From Prorocentrum cordatum (taxonomy: Eukaryota): 64,000 bases of DNA. Below are positions 39,400 through 52,006 of the stretch, in pieces. The stretch covers positions 1 through 64,000 of the forward strand of contig CAUYUJ010000136.1 in NCBI GenBank assembly GCA_963575745.1. The letters run 5' to 3'. Under the pieces are notes generated by a model. That model saw only the letters and a list, made by a program, of their open reading frames with translations, was not told the origin of the DNA and ran no database searches. Each line of letters opens with the position of its first letter. Position 1 is the stretch's first letter. The translations under genes were made by a program, and so were the position numbers.

Positions 39400-39760
39400 T
39401 ACTCACGCAGAGATTATGACCTCTACTGGTACGCAGTACTTGGGTGGCTTATTATCAGGGGCTTGCCAGCTACTGTGGGTGGCAACGCCCGCTGGCTGGT
39501 ATGCGCGATTGTCTGGAAAGCGGGCGGGGCCACATTATCAGCGCATCCAAAACCTTATGACCAAAGCTCGGGCTCTACGTATGTCGATGGCACTTGTGGG
39601 GCCTCCAGGTTGCTTCTGGAAGCAAGGCCCTATGCGAGATACTATTGAATAGTTCGGCTTGCAGATCATGCGCATGCGATGTTGCCGCTTCGGTCTGAAG
39701 TTTGACCGTTCATGTGCTTTGCCGAGCGTTTCGCGCCTGCGGGCGCATTCCGACCAATTT
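39400..39760 (+). pseudogene. Highly diverged DNMT-like segment lacking catalytic motifs
   Basis: LLWVATP...MALVGPPGCFW...MRCCRFGLK follows the order of C5-MTase motifs IV, VI and VIII, but without PC or E-x-P. Confidence 0.4.
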
Positions 39761-40573
39761 GTGGAAATGCGCGTGCCCAGGTGGGGGGGGGGCCTGCGCA
39801 ACGTGCCGCGCGTGGATTAGATTTCCGTGGCCGAGGCGCCCAGAGAGCGGAATGGCGAAATAAAACACTTGCTATCGTGATTGCAAGGCTAACCGACCAG
39901 ATGTATTCCCACAAACAGAGAGAAATTAAGTGTCCGCACAAGAGTGGACAAGGGAGCTTGAACTTACGTTCAGTCTCCTAAGAGCGGCCGTGAATTTGGC
40001 CATGTCGTAAGACGGGTGACGATGAATCTTGGCGGCAACACCATTATACAAGACATTCAGATTCAAGATCAACCTATCGGGTGCAATTGCATTGCCCCTT
40101 TACCGACGGCTGTGACGAATATCCGCATTCGATTGCACTGGGGACCTCCGGCGCCCGTTCTGCTCGGAAACGAGGGACAGCGACTGCGCGCAAGGCGGGT
40201 TGCGACCGTCGATGACGATCGTCTTCCCCCCCTCGATTGAGCACGGCCGCAAGCTCCCCCCTATTCCCGAATTTCCCGACTTTCCGACACTTACTTCGCC
40301 CGGCACAGAACAACAGACAGCGTTGCCAACGGATGCCCGGATCAAGAAGCCAGCATCAAACGGCGCAAGATACCCAAAGTATTCAGAGACGGCGACGACG
40401 GCTGCGGTGAAGACTTGAAGGGTCTCAAGTGTGGTGCCTACCCCCTCGACGCCGACGCCGACAGTGACAGCGATGAGGAAGCCTTCGTCGCGCTACCAGC
40501 GGGGTTACCTGCGGATGCACATGCCGATGTGTTTGCCATAATCCCAGCCTTGTGTTACGGACGACGTAACAAG

Positions 40574-41205
40574 GTAGACGTGCTGGAACTTTGTGGAGGC
40601 AACGGGGGAATGTCGCAGTCAGCTTTCAGCAGAGGTGTATCCTCAGGGGAAGCCCCGACAAACGTTCATTTGTTGATCTTGGAAACAAGGACGTCCAGGA
40701 CGCAGTGATGCACAACTTGGATGCGTTCTTTGTTAACGTTGCTATATTTCAACCGAACTGCAGAACAACTGGGCTACCGTCTTATCTCAAGTCGAAAGTC
40801 AGCTACGACACGTGGCATGAACGCCACAAGGAAGACCTCCCACACATCAAGTTTTGTGGAGGGGCTGCCGTGCGTGAAAACGACTTCCGACGGTTTTACT
40901 TACGAGAGCAATGGGTAGGTATTTGGGTGGACGAAATACGACAATGGACCGCATTGGCCAAACGCGAGGACACTTGCAAAATTAATCCGGACCGTTGTAC
41001 TACGGGTCTCCGTGACCCCCATGGGGTATGAAAACGTAAACCTATTGCGATAATGGCTACAAGCCGTCTCTTGCTTACACCTTTCGAGAGGAAACGGTGT
41101 GCGGTCCATCATCAACATGCTTCGGTTTGTAGCACGGAACTGGCCAGGGCAGCCCAATGTACTCCGAAGATGCAGTGCCTCTTCGTCGAAGCAGTTCAAA
41201 TTGCA
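40574..41205 (+). pseudogene. Cytosine-5 DNA methyltransferase-like domain (frameshift plus stop)
   Basis: VDVLELCGGNGGMS (motif I-like), FVDL, IFQPNC (motif IV-like), YLREQ (motif VI-like), DRCTTGL..KP, and C..HHQH...AAQCTPKM. Confidence 0.7.
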
Positions 41206-41959
41206 CGCGACGTAATCCTGGTGAATCGTGAGCCTTTCCATGATCATCCCCTCTCATCTTCCGTTCTCGTCGCTAACGTGCGAGAATCCGACTTCGGTGA
41301 CCCAGCTGTCCGTCGGCGCCCAAACGGTTCGATCATGGGGCCACCTTCAGGAGGATGGGGGTGTCCAGCATGTGCGGACAACGTCAACATTCATTCCCCT
41401 TTCACACGACAGGAGCCCTAGACACTGTAGGTGGTACGACAAGGAGGATTACCGCTGGGGAAGTCAAGGCTACAGGGATAACTATTGTCAGGCTAAGCCT
41501 GGTCACTTACTTGCGCCTGGCAAATGCAAGTTTGCCAAGCCGTGGGAGCTGCCCGACAGCCGCGGACGGGAACTTCCTGCTCCTGCCATACCGACAGCGC
41601 CGCCACCTGCGGCGGCAGCCGCGCCCGAGGCACCAGCCGCTCTACAATTTGCGCGGCTGCGAGCGCCGAGGCCTGGTTCCAGAGCTGGACCAACAGCGGG
41701 CGCCGGCAGCCGCAACATCACGGTAGGCAGACATGCTGCTGAACCGGCTGCGGGGCAACCTGCCTCGAGTGGAGCCGGTAGCTCAGACGACTACAGACGA
41801 CTACCACAGATCATAGCCAGACGGGGTCGGCAGCAATCATGATCCACCTCCGCCGCCACCTGCGGGTGACTCTTGCTGCTCGTCCATGACTCCCAGACTG
41901 GTCAAGGTTCGATGTGCAGATCAGTCTACATAACCTACGTAGCCTTGGCCCAAGCGTGG

Positions 41960-42570
41960 TAACGCGCGGGTTGTGGAAACTACGCTTGCAGTGGTTCCAC
42001 GCCACAGAGTCCAAGATGCGTCTCATCTTAGCCAAGGCTGGTCTGGACAGCATCAGGCTGAACTTGATCAAGGGCGTCTGTGACACATGTCGGGAGTGCA
42101 GGGCTTGGGACAGGGCAGGGCATGCCACTTTGCCATCTACTGCACGACCTGGCAAGTTCAATGAAGAAGTCGAGTTCGACATAATGTTCGACAAACAGGA
42201 TCATTTCATATTTCATAAAATGGATCGTTGCGTTCGAAATGCTACTGGAATAAAGATACCAGATAATACGATGACTGGCATCTCAGATGCGTATCATCAG
42301 TGCTGGATGCAATTCGGACCTGCCAAAGTACTCTACTCCGACGGGGAGGGTGCGCTTCACAACGACGCCGCAAAGGCAGTCCTTAAGGCAAAGGGCGCTG
42401 AACTGAGGATACGCGCGCGTGGACAACGCGCTGCGACAATTGAAGCCAGAAGTGGCATACTACGACATTTGCTTCACGTCATGGAGGCTGGACTCAACAG
42501 GTTAGACATACTTCCCGCGACCACTGCACGAAGCTGTATTTGCCGCCAGTGCGTCTACAATTTACAATGA
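41960..42570 (+). pseudogene. Integrase (HHCC remnant plus DDE core)
   Basis: L(R)LQWFHA..CDTCREC; FNEEVEFDIMF; GPAKVLYSDGEGAL; AATIEARSGILR. Confidence 0.85.
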
Positions 42571-43959
42571 TGTTTCTCCATGCGACGCGCTATTTGAACG
42601 GCAGCCAGCGGTGGTACCTGACCTGCCTGTTCTGGGCCATGAGCAGCAGACAGAAACATCCGATCACTCTCGAGAACAGACTATCCGCTGGGTAGGCATT
42701 GAGGCTATCACACAAGCCGCTGCAGTAGCCAAAACCCATCGTGCACTACGGACCAATACCGCTATCACTTGTCAGCACTACTATGATGAAGGAGACTTGG
42801 TTGACTATCGTCGTCCCACTATGGACGATTGGGGGGGCTGGGGCGGCCCTCTCCTGGTCGTGCGAAACGATCCCGGCAGGGGTCAAGTTATTATCCGAGT
42901 GGGAAACCGCGACGTACAAGTCCAATACGGTGACGCACGACATTCAACGAAAGGTTTGATCGCCCGAGAGATTGGCTCAGACAGCGCTGCACCACGGACG
43001 GTGTTGACATTGATAGCCAGTCTACCTGCGGGGCGACCTGATGACATTTGGCTACGTCCCGACCAAAAAGGGAACGCTTCAGATGCCAAGTGCGAGCCGA
43101 CTTTTTTCCTAAGGTACACTTAGCTCTCCAATGCCTCATCAGGAATTTTTTTCGTACCAAGAACGTCGCCTCTGTCAGGTTAGCTAAGAGTATTCACAAG
43201 CTATCTCCGGTGGCTGATGCTGACAGTTGTACACTGGTGCACTCTGACAACGACGTGAATCCAGGCTTCCACTATTACGAAACCGAAGGCGCTGCCCTAA
43301 ACATGCAGTATCTACTTGGATCAGCGCATTCGAGCATCATCCAATGCTTAAAGTCCACTGAACCTCAAGCAGGCTTCGACCAAGACATGACGAAGTTTGA
43401 GGAACTGGCAGACGCACCGACGCCAGACAACGACGCCAGAGAAGTTCCAGAAGCCGAACAACACGGATGGCTTCGTATTATTTATGAGGAATCGGAAGCG
43501 GCACATATTATGGGTGTGTGGCGCGCAGAACTACAGGAGGAAAAGGAGCTACTGGAGGCAATTCCAATAGACGACCTCTATACTGTACCCACACAGATGA
43601 TCGCCGACAACACCGTGCTGGTCACGGTAGCTGAAGAACAGCGGGGGCACCTGCCTACATGGGGTCATCCACGCGACTCCGGCACCACGGAGACATACCA
43701 TGTCCCACGATGCTTCACGGACAATGACGATACTTACGGATTTGACTCTGACGAGCATGGTCATTATATGGAATTCTGCATCACTGCAGACATGCCAAAA
43801 GTAGCCATATCCGAACAACAGCATAGGATATTAGACTTCGACCGTGTGAGCACTATGCGAGTATATGTGACCGCTGCCGCCAAACGAGCTGAGGTCGTCG
43901 TGGGGGATGACCTCCTCGCGAAGGCCCACATTCGGGCGAATCCAGACAAGGTATCCCAG

Positions 43960-44013
43960 GCTCTATGCACTGAACTCAAGACATGGCTTGGCAACCAGGT
44001 TTTCCAAGATGCA

Positions 44014-44049
<36 letters not shown>

Positions 44050-45487
44050 GTATATGTATGTATGTATGTATATATATATCAAAGGAGTCAAACATCATCA
44101 CTTCGAGATGCGTATACAAGTGGAAGTTCATAAAGAAAGAAAAGGTCGAGATGGAACGGGCCATCGGTCTGCGCCTGGTATTTGAGGATTTCATGGACCT
44201 CGAAGCCCTCGACCTGGAAACTTCGTCAGGGGCGGCGCGGTGGTCGAGTCAGAAACTATTCGCGAGCGCGACAGCGTGCAAGATGGAATGAATCATTGCT
44301 TCCTTTGACATCCACATGGCTTTCCTGAAGGGACTAACCTATCAGGAACTTGCTGGAGCAACCGGTGAAAAGGAACGTGTGGCGTGCTTTGCACTGCCGC
44401 CTGGATCAGCATCGGTGCTTGGATCCCCCCAGGATTTGAGCGCTGCGGTGAGTCGAAGCACTGCCTGCAGTGCCTCAAACCAGGTACCGGCACCAAGGAC
44501 GCACCTGGAGCCTCCCCACTGAAGCTCAGAAAGACCACGAGAGGGTTCGGTCTCATACCCACGTCCTACGACGAAGAGTTCGAGACAAGGGCCTAACCGT
44601 CTTGCAGCCGAGCACGTTGATTACATCAATATGGGCGGTACTGCGGACGCTATCGATAGCTGCGCCAAGTGTGTTGAGGATATTTCTGGTAAATGTAGAT
44701 TCAACAAACGCACATCTACCAAGTGTGCTGTGAGGTACACGAAGGATTGGGACGGTAACATTGCACTCGATCAATCTGAATATAAAAAAAAACAGCTCCG
44801 TCCTATACAACATCCTGAACTCACTGGTGCAGACGCTGACGCCAAGGCATCAAAGATTGTCACTGACATGCATGTCGTCCTCAGGGACGCTTTGGCTTAC
44901 GCTTTAATCGCGCAGGTGTGGTTGAGGTATGTTGCACCCGTGCAGCGTGTCCAAGAACCGACCAACATACAAGTGCGACGACTGAGCGCGATTACCAGAA
45001 AGTTGCAGGCTTGCCCCAAGAAGTTCGTCTATCGATCGATGACCCCAATGGGTGAGGTTGACCTGCGCAGCGACTCCGGCTATCGACGTTTGAGTGAAGA
45101 TGCGGAGCACGAGGTCCAAGGCCATGGTACTCGCGGAGCAAACCTGCTACCGCGTGGAAGCACGCCTGCTGGTGCGCCTGTCGTCCATCTTATCGACGCG
45201 TACTGCAAGTCTCACCGCTTGCAGGTCCGTTCGAGCTATTCAGCAGAAACACTTAGCAGCAACCCACAACTTGGAGGACTGCTATCCCGCGATCGTCACT
45301 CTGCACGAACTCCACGCAAGGCCTCTGACACCCAATCAGTTGAAGGATCTACTGGAGATGGGCGGCCTGAGCATTAAGGTCACTTTGGCCATAGATGCGG
45401 AATCTGTTTTCAAGTCCTTGCTAGGCAAAAACCTGAAGAAAGCGACCGGGTGTACTCTTCTGGGACACATCAGTTGAATACGACATA
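43960..45487 (+). pseudogene. Copia-type reverse transcriptase and truncated RNase H; (TA)n inserted at 44013-44079
   Basis: ELKTW; IITSRCVYKWK..RLV; SFDIHMAFLKG; LKPGTGTKDAP; HVDY (YVDD-equivalent); SDSGY; SSYSAET; IDAESVF. Confidence 0.85.
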
Positions 45488-45752
45488 TGGGGGAGGCTGG
45501 GGCAAAAGGCGAGAGATAGCGAACGTTTGTCTGCGGCCCTTTGTACTCAAGCGGCCGGCCGCCAATATAGGACTGTGCCTCATCGCGAGGCACGCCATTC
45601 GCCATCGAGACCGAAAACATCTTCGTTTGACATGGCTGTTCGCTCCCGCGATTCACTCCTACTCTTGGGACTATCGTTGCTACGGTACAGCAGAGTTGGA
45701 TATGGGCTTCGCCTTAGGCGAAACTGCTGGTTGGGCCTCCCAACCCCGTTCG
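45488..45752 (+). repeat. 3' LTR
   Basis: Direct repeat of 28884-29146. Confidence 0.85.
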
Positions 45753-46239
45753 AACTTCTCGAGTGTGTCCCGAGTGTCCGTATCGTATTCGCATGCGCGT
45801 TTGTCGCGTCCACTTGGGGTCAGTTGCGTGCCCGTCGCGCATCCCCTGCCCGCCTGTCGCGTGCCAGGGTCCGCAGAGTCTGGGGACTTTGTAGAGCGTG
45901 AGGATGATGAAGCGGGACGTTGAGTACAGCAGGGCGGGAGCAGCTTCAGCGCGACGAGCAGGGGGTTGCGATTTCTGATGCGGAATGGCCGTGCTTGCCT
46001 TTCGACCTTTTGGGTGCCGCGACCGCTCTGGCGATTTCGGAACAGATGTTAGCTGGACTTCGCAGATTGCGTCGTCAAGCGGCACGGGCGAGGTTTCCTG
46101 GAGGTTGCAGCGCTGGCTGCAGAGCCTTTGGACAACCGAGCACTGCGCGGCAAGGGTAACATAGCTGTCGACATGCTGCTGTCATTTCTTTTACCGCTTC
46201 GCTCATTCCGCTGGCCCATTTCGCATCGCGGTGGCTGGA

Positions 46240-47302
46240 TGGTGGTGTGCTCGTGTCCAGGGGAACGGTAGGGCAGACAGAATTGTTATCGAGGAGGTCT
46301 TTGGAGATTTGGCTCTCACCCAGCCGAGTTTCGAGACGTACCTGGGTTGTGTAGGTAAGAATCCTCACGGATGCTTCTTGGGGTCTCTTCGGAGAACTTT
46401 CCGGAGCCTCTGGCGAGCAGTTTTGAGGCCAAAGGGGAGCTTCTCGGGGGCTTCTTGGGGGCCTCTTGGGGCTTTCTGGCGGCATGTTTCAATGCTTATG
46501 TCATCGAATCGCTTCGCTCACTCAAGAGGCCCATTTCGTATCACTGTGGCTGCGTCGTGGTGTGCTCGTGCCCAGGGGGAACGGTAGGGCAGGCAGAACA
46601 CTGTTATCGAGAAGATCTTTGGAGATGTGGTCGCACCTCGCCGAAGAGAGGCGATCGACTGCCCCAGAGGGCGTCAAGATGGCTCAAGAGAGTTCCATCC
46701 AGCCGAGTTTCCAGAAGCGTCTGGGTTGCGGATAAGAGTCCTCATGGATGCTTCTTGGGGTCTCTTCGGAGGATTTTCGGGAGCCTCCGGGGAGCAGTTT
46801 TGAGACCTGTGGGGAGCCTCTTAGGGGCTTCTTGGGGGCCTCTTGGGGCTTCCTGAGGGCCTGTTGGGAGTCATGGGAGCCTCTTTTGGGGCCTCTTGGG
46901 TGGCTCTTGGGGCCTTTTGGGGGCTTCCTGGGCACCTCTTCGGGCCGAGAGCTCGAAAATGATCTGTGCGTCTTCGGGGCTTCTCGTAGTCCTCTTGGAA
47001 CCCTCCTGGAGCTTCTTAGGCGCTTCTCGGGCCGTCTTGGGACCAACGTGGGCCATCTTGGAACGCTTGGGGCCTGAGGCCGTGGGGCGTGCCACCCTTT
47101 TGGCGCCTCGCTGGGGCGCTCGGGGGGCCCCCGAGGCCGCGCCCAGGAGTTCCGGCATCTCTGGCCCGACCCTGCCAGGACTTTGCCGCGGGACTTTGCC
47201 TGTGTATTTTTCGTCCGGGGACCCCTGGGGGCCGCCGCGCGCGCGCGAGCTATGTTACCAGAGATTTTAGCACGCCTCTGGCCCGTTAGGGGCGGGCGGA
47301 TT
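46240..47302 (+). mobile_element. CTTGG-rich element with internal ~310-bp duplication and hairpin+GATT right end
   Basis: ggtgtgctcgtg.ccagggg.aacggtagggcag at ~46244 and ~46559. Ends ttagcacgcctctggcccgttaggggcgggcggatt. Confidence 0.6.
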
Positions 47303-47689
47303 CATGGCGCTTTGGTTAGAGGGCTCTGAATAGTATAGGCGAATGGGGCAGCAGTCCTGGATTGTAAGAAGATCACATCGTATCCACAACCCGAGTTACG
47401 ATGTGATTATTCTTTGGCCCCTACGCTACTGCCGTCCACTGCTGATGCCCACGCCGCCGCGGCCACTTTGGTCGCGAGTTCGGTGCGTTGCCCCGTTTCT
47501 TTGCGTCCACTTCGTGAATCCAGAGTGTCTTTTACAACTTAGTTACATCTTCAGTCGCTTCCTCCTCATCCTTACTTATCAGGGATGTCGACTGACCACC
47601 CTGGCCTGGCATATACTTGGCCCTGTATTTGGGTAGATACATGCCTTCCTGGTCAAGCCAGGAGTGTATACACCGATCTTGGGCCTAGG

Positions 47690-48330
47690 TTAGGTGCGGG
47701 CATGATCGGTAAGGTGGTCAGTTGACGTCCCCCGAACCTACTACCTCCCAGCCAGAAGGATTCTCAAATTACCCCGCGGACATAACATATTCGTTTGCCC
47801 ATAGGCCAGGCTGTCGGACAAGAGCGGATAGGGCCAGATTTGCCGACCAGCGCCAAGCGCGCGGCTGTTCACAGGTAGCTTGAAGTCATGTTTGATTTTG
47901 TCAAGATGCTTGCACTCTCTGGCAAGAAGCTCGGGGCCGCTGGACTAACGGGGTATCAGCGCAATCCTTTTCTTCCGCTTTACCCTGATCCTTTCCTCTC
48001 CCTCGTTCAAAGATGTGTCGGAGGAGCCTCTGATATCATCGATGGTTTGGGGTGGGGCGCAGATGCCTGGCAGGCTGGGATGGCCCTATTGTAGCCATCC
48101 GCACGCAGAGATGATGCACTTGCCTCGTCTTCCTTTTGATTATGTCGAGCCTTCGTTAGTGGAGCCGAATGAGGTACTGACCAGACATAAGAAAAAAGAG
48201 TCTATATTGACATCAAGCCCCACCTGCCTCTGTTGGGTGGCGTTGTTCGCCCCATCCACTTTATCTGCCAAGCCACTCTGGAAGGAATGCGTGAAGGTGG
48301 CAGGTTCGTGGGAAGTTCGTGTGGCAGGTT
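47690..48330 (-). pseudogene. Possible remnant of a non-LTR retroelement APE endonuclease
   Basis: Minus-strand translation gives ..AWRW..NEYVM..TDHL, in the order of TW/IDY/SDH motifs, with many stops. Weak. Confidence 0.25.
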
Positions 48331-48614
48331 CGTGTGCGCGGGGTTGAAGGCAGCCCTGCATTCCTGAGCCTTTCGGCAGGGCCGTCTCGCTGTTGACCGT
48401 GGGCGTCGCTTCACACGAGCGGGGTGACAGTTGTGACGTTCCTCTTGCTGGCTTGCCCCCGCCCGGCGACATGACCTGCACCGACAGAGCGCGACGATCG
48501 GCGTGCCGATCGCCCGTTGTCCAGCTGCCTGAGGCAAGTCCCGCCACCGTGCCAGCCCAGCATGCTCTGCAGCCTTCCTTCGAGGGGGCCCAGGAGGCCG
48601 TACTTGGGAGGGAT

Positions 48615-48948
48615 GACCATCATGATAACGATAACGCTGACGATGACGATGACGATGGCGATGACGATGACGACAACGATGATGATGCTGATGATGATGA
48701 TGGTGATGATGTTGGATGGATGTGATGATGTGGAGGATCAGGAAGGTGATGCTGATTTTCATGATGATGGTGTTGAGGATGATGATTGTGATGGTGATGA
48801 TGCTGCGGCTGATGATGATGACGATGATGATGATTATCATCGTCATGATGATGATGTAGGTTATGATGCTGCTGATGCTGATGCTGCTGCTGATGATGCT
48901 GCTGATGATGCTGCGGCTGATGATGATGATGATGATCATCATCTTGAC

Positions 48949-48994
<46 letters not shown>

Positions 48995-49019
48995 GTGATA
49001 ATGATGATGATGATGATGC

Positions 49020-49066
<47 letters not shown>

Positions 49067-50419
49067 CTGAGAACGCTGATGCTGATGATGCCAGCGATGA
49101 GGATGCTGATGCTGATGCTGCTGCCGCTGATGATGATACTGCTGCTGCTGATGCGGATGCTGCTGCTGGTGATGTATTGCAGATGATGCTGATGCTGATG
49201 CTGATGCTGATGCTGATGTTGATGATGATGCTGATGAGGATGATGCTGATGCTGATCATGCTGGTGCTGATGCTGATGCTGCTGATGATGATGCTGATGA
49301 TGCGGATGAGGATGATGCTGATGCTGATGATACTGGTGTTGCTGATGTTGATGCTGATGCTGGTGATGCTGCTGATGATGAGGATGATCATGATGAGGAT
49401 CAGTATGCTGTTGCTGATGCTGAGAATGCTGCTGCTGATGATGAAGATTCTGTTGATGCTGATGACGGTTATGATGCTAGTGCTGATGCTGATTCTGATG
49501 ATGATGATGATGGTGGTGATTCTGATGATGGTGACGATGCCGATGCTGACGCTGATGCAGATGATGAGGCTGATGAGGATGAGGATGATGATGCTGATGC
49601 TGATGCTGATGCTGATGCTGATCATGCTGATTCTGATGCTGATACTGATGCTGATAATCGTGATGATGGTAATGATGCTGCTGATGACGACGATGAGGAT
49701 GCTGATGATGATGCTGATGATTGTGATGATGATCAGGGTGTTGATGTTAATGAGTATGATGATGATGATACTGTTGACGATGCTGATGCTGATGCTGATG
49801 CTGGTGATGATGACAATGATGCTGATGATGATGGAAGTCAGGATGCTGCTCCTGACGCTGATGATGATCATTATGATGCTGGTGCTTCTGATGGTAATGA
49901 TGCTGCTGCCGATGATAATGATGCTGAAACTTCTGATGCTGATGCTGATGATGATGATGCTGCAGCTGCTGATGCTGATGCTGATGCTGATGTTGATGAT
50001 AATGCTGCTGATGCTGATGATGAGGCTTATGATACTGATGCTGATGCTCTTGCTGATGCTGATGCTGATGCTGATGATGCGTATGCTGATGATGCTGACG
50101 ATGGTGATGCTGATGCTGCTGATGCTGATGATGCTGATGATGATCATCATGGCACTGATGATGCTGATACTGATTGGGATGATGATGCTGATGCTGATGT
50201 TGATGATGATGATGCTGATGCGGCTGCTGATCATGATGATGCTGACGATGCTGATGCTGTTGAGGATGGCGATGAGGATCGATGCTGATGCTGATGCAGA
50301 TGCTGATGCTGCTGCTGCTGAGGATAATGATGATGGTGATGACGATGATGGTGATGATGATGATGCTGACTCCGATGCTGTTGATGATGAGGACGTTGCT
50401 GATGCTAATGAGGATGATG

Positions 50420-50462
<43 letters not shown>

Positions 50463-51366
50463 CGATGATGATGCTGATGCTGATGCTGATGCTGCTGATG
50501 ATGATGTTTATGACGCGGACGATGATGCTGATGCTGATGCGGATTCTGCTACTGATGATGATGCTGATGAGGATGATGACGATACTGATGATGGTGAGGA
50601 TGATGAGGATGATGAGGATGAGGATGATGATGCGGATGCTGATGATGATGCTGATGCTGATTCTGATGCTGATACTGATGCTGATAAGCGTGATGATGGT
50701 GATGATGCTGCTGATGACGACGATGAGGATGCTGATGATGATGCTGATGGTTGTGATGCTGATCAGGGTGTTGATGTTAATAAGTATGATGATGGTACTG
50801 TTGACGATGCTGATGCTGATGCTGATGCTGGTGCTGATGACAATGATGCTGATGATGATGGAAGTCAGGATGCTGTTCCTGACGCTGATGATGATCAATA
50901 TGATGCTGGTGCTTCTGATGGTAAAGATGCTGCTGCTGATGATACTGATGCTGAAACTGCTGATGCTGATGCTGATGATGGTGCTGCTGCTGATGCTGAT
51001 GCTGATGCTGATGTTGATGATAAGGCTGCTGATAATGATGACGAGGCTTATGATACTGATGCTGATGCTCTTGCTGATGCTGATGCTGATGCTGATGATG
51101 CGGATGCTGATGATGCTGACGATGGTGATGCTGATGCTGCTGATGCTGATGATGCTGATGATGATCATCATGGCACTGATGATGCTGATACTGATTGGGA
51201 TGAGGATGCTGATGCTGATGTTGATGATGCTGATGCTGATGCGGCTGCTGATCATGATGATGCTGATGATGCTGATGCCGTTGAGGATGGCGATGAGCAT
51301 CGATGCTCATGCAGATGCTGATGCTGATGCTGCTGCTGCTGAGGATGATGATGATGATCATGATGG

Positions 51367-51398
<32 letters not shown>

Positions 51399-51973
51399 GT
51401 AATGATGATGCTGAACATGATGCTGCTGATGATGAGGATGTAGCTGATGCTAATGAGGATGATGATGATGAAGATGATGACGATGATGATGATAATGATG
51501 AGGGTACTGATGCCGATGCTGATGATGCTGATGCTGATGCTGCTGATGATGATGTTTATGACGCGGACGGTGATGCTGATGCTGATGCGGATGCTGCTAC
51601 TGATGATGATGCTGATGAGGATGATGACGATACTGATGATGGTGAGGATGATGAGGATGATGAGGATGAGGGTGATGATGCTGATGCTGCTGATGCTCTT
51701 GATGGTGCTAATGTTGCTGATGGTGATGCTGATGCTGCTGATGATCATGACGATGCTGATGCTACTGATGATGATTCGGATGCTGATGCGTGTGCTGATG
51801 CTGATGATTGACGATCTTACGGATGGTGCTGATGCTGCTGCTGATGATTTGGATGATGATTCTGACGAGGATGAGGATGCGAATGCTCATGCTGATTGAT
51901 GATGGTGAGGATGAGGATGCGGATGTGAATGCGGATGAGAGCGAGTATGGTGATTATGCTCATGCTGATGCTC

Positions 51974-52006
<33 letters not shown>

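Larger units (their letters stand above)
28884..45752 (+). mobile_element. Decayed Ty1/copia LTR retrotransposon (~16.9 kb including nested insertions) carrying DNMT-like domains
   Basis: Paired ~265-bp direct repeats, a PBS, and domain order gag-PR-IN-RT-RH, with many stops and frameshifts. Similar cgagtgtc/gtcgcgtg-rich sequence lies on both flanks. Confidence 0.88.
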
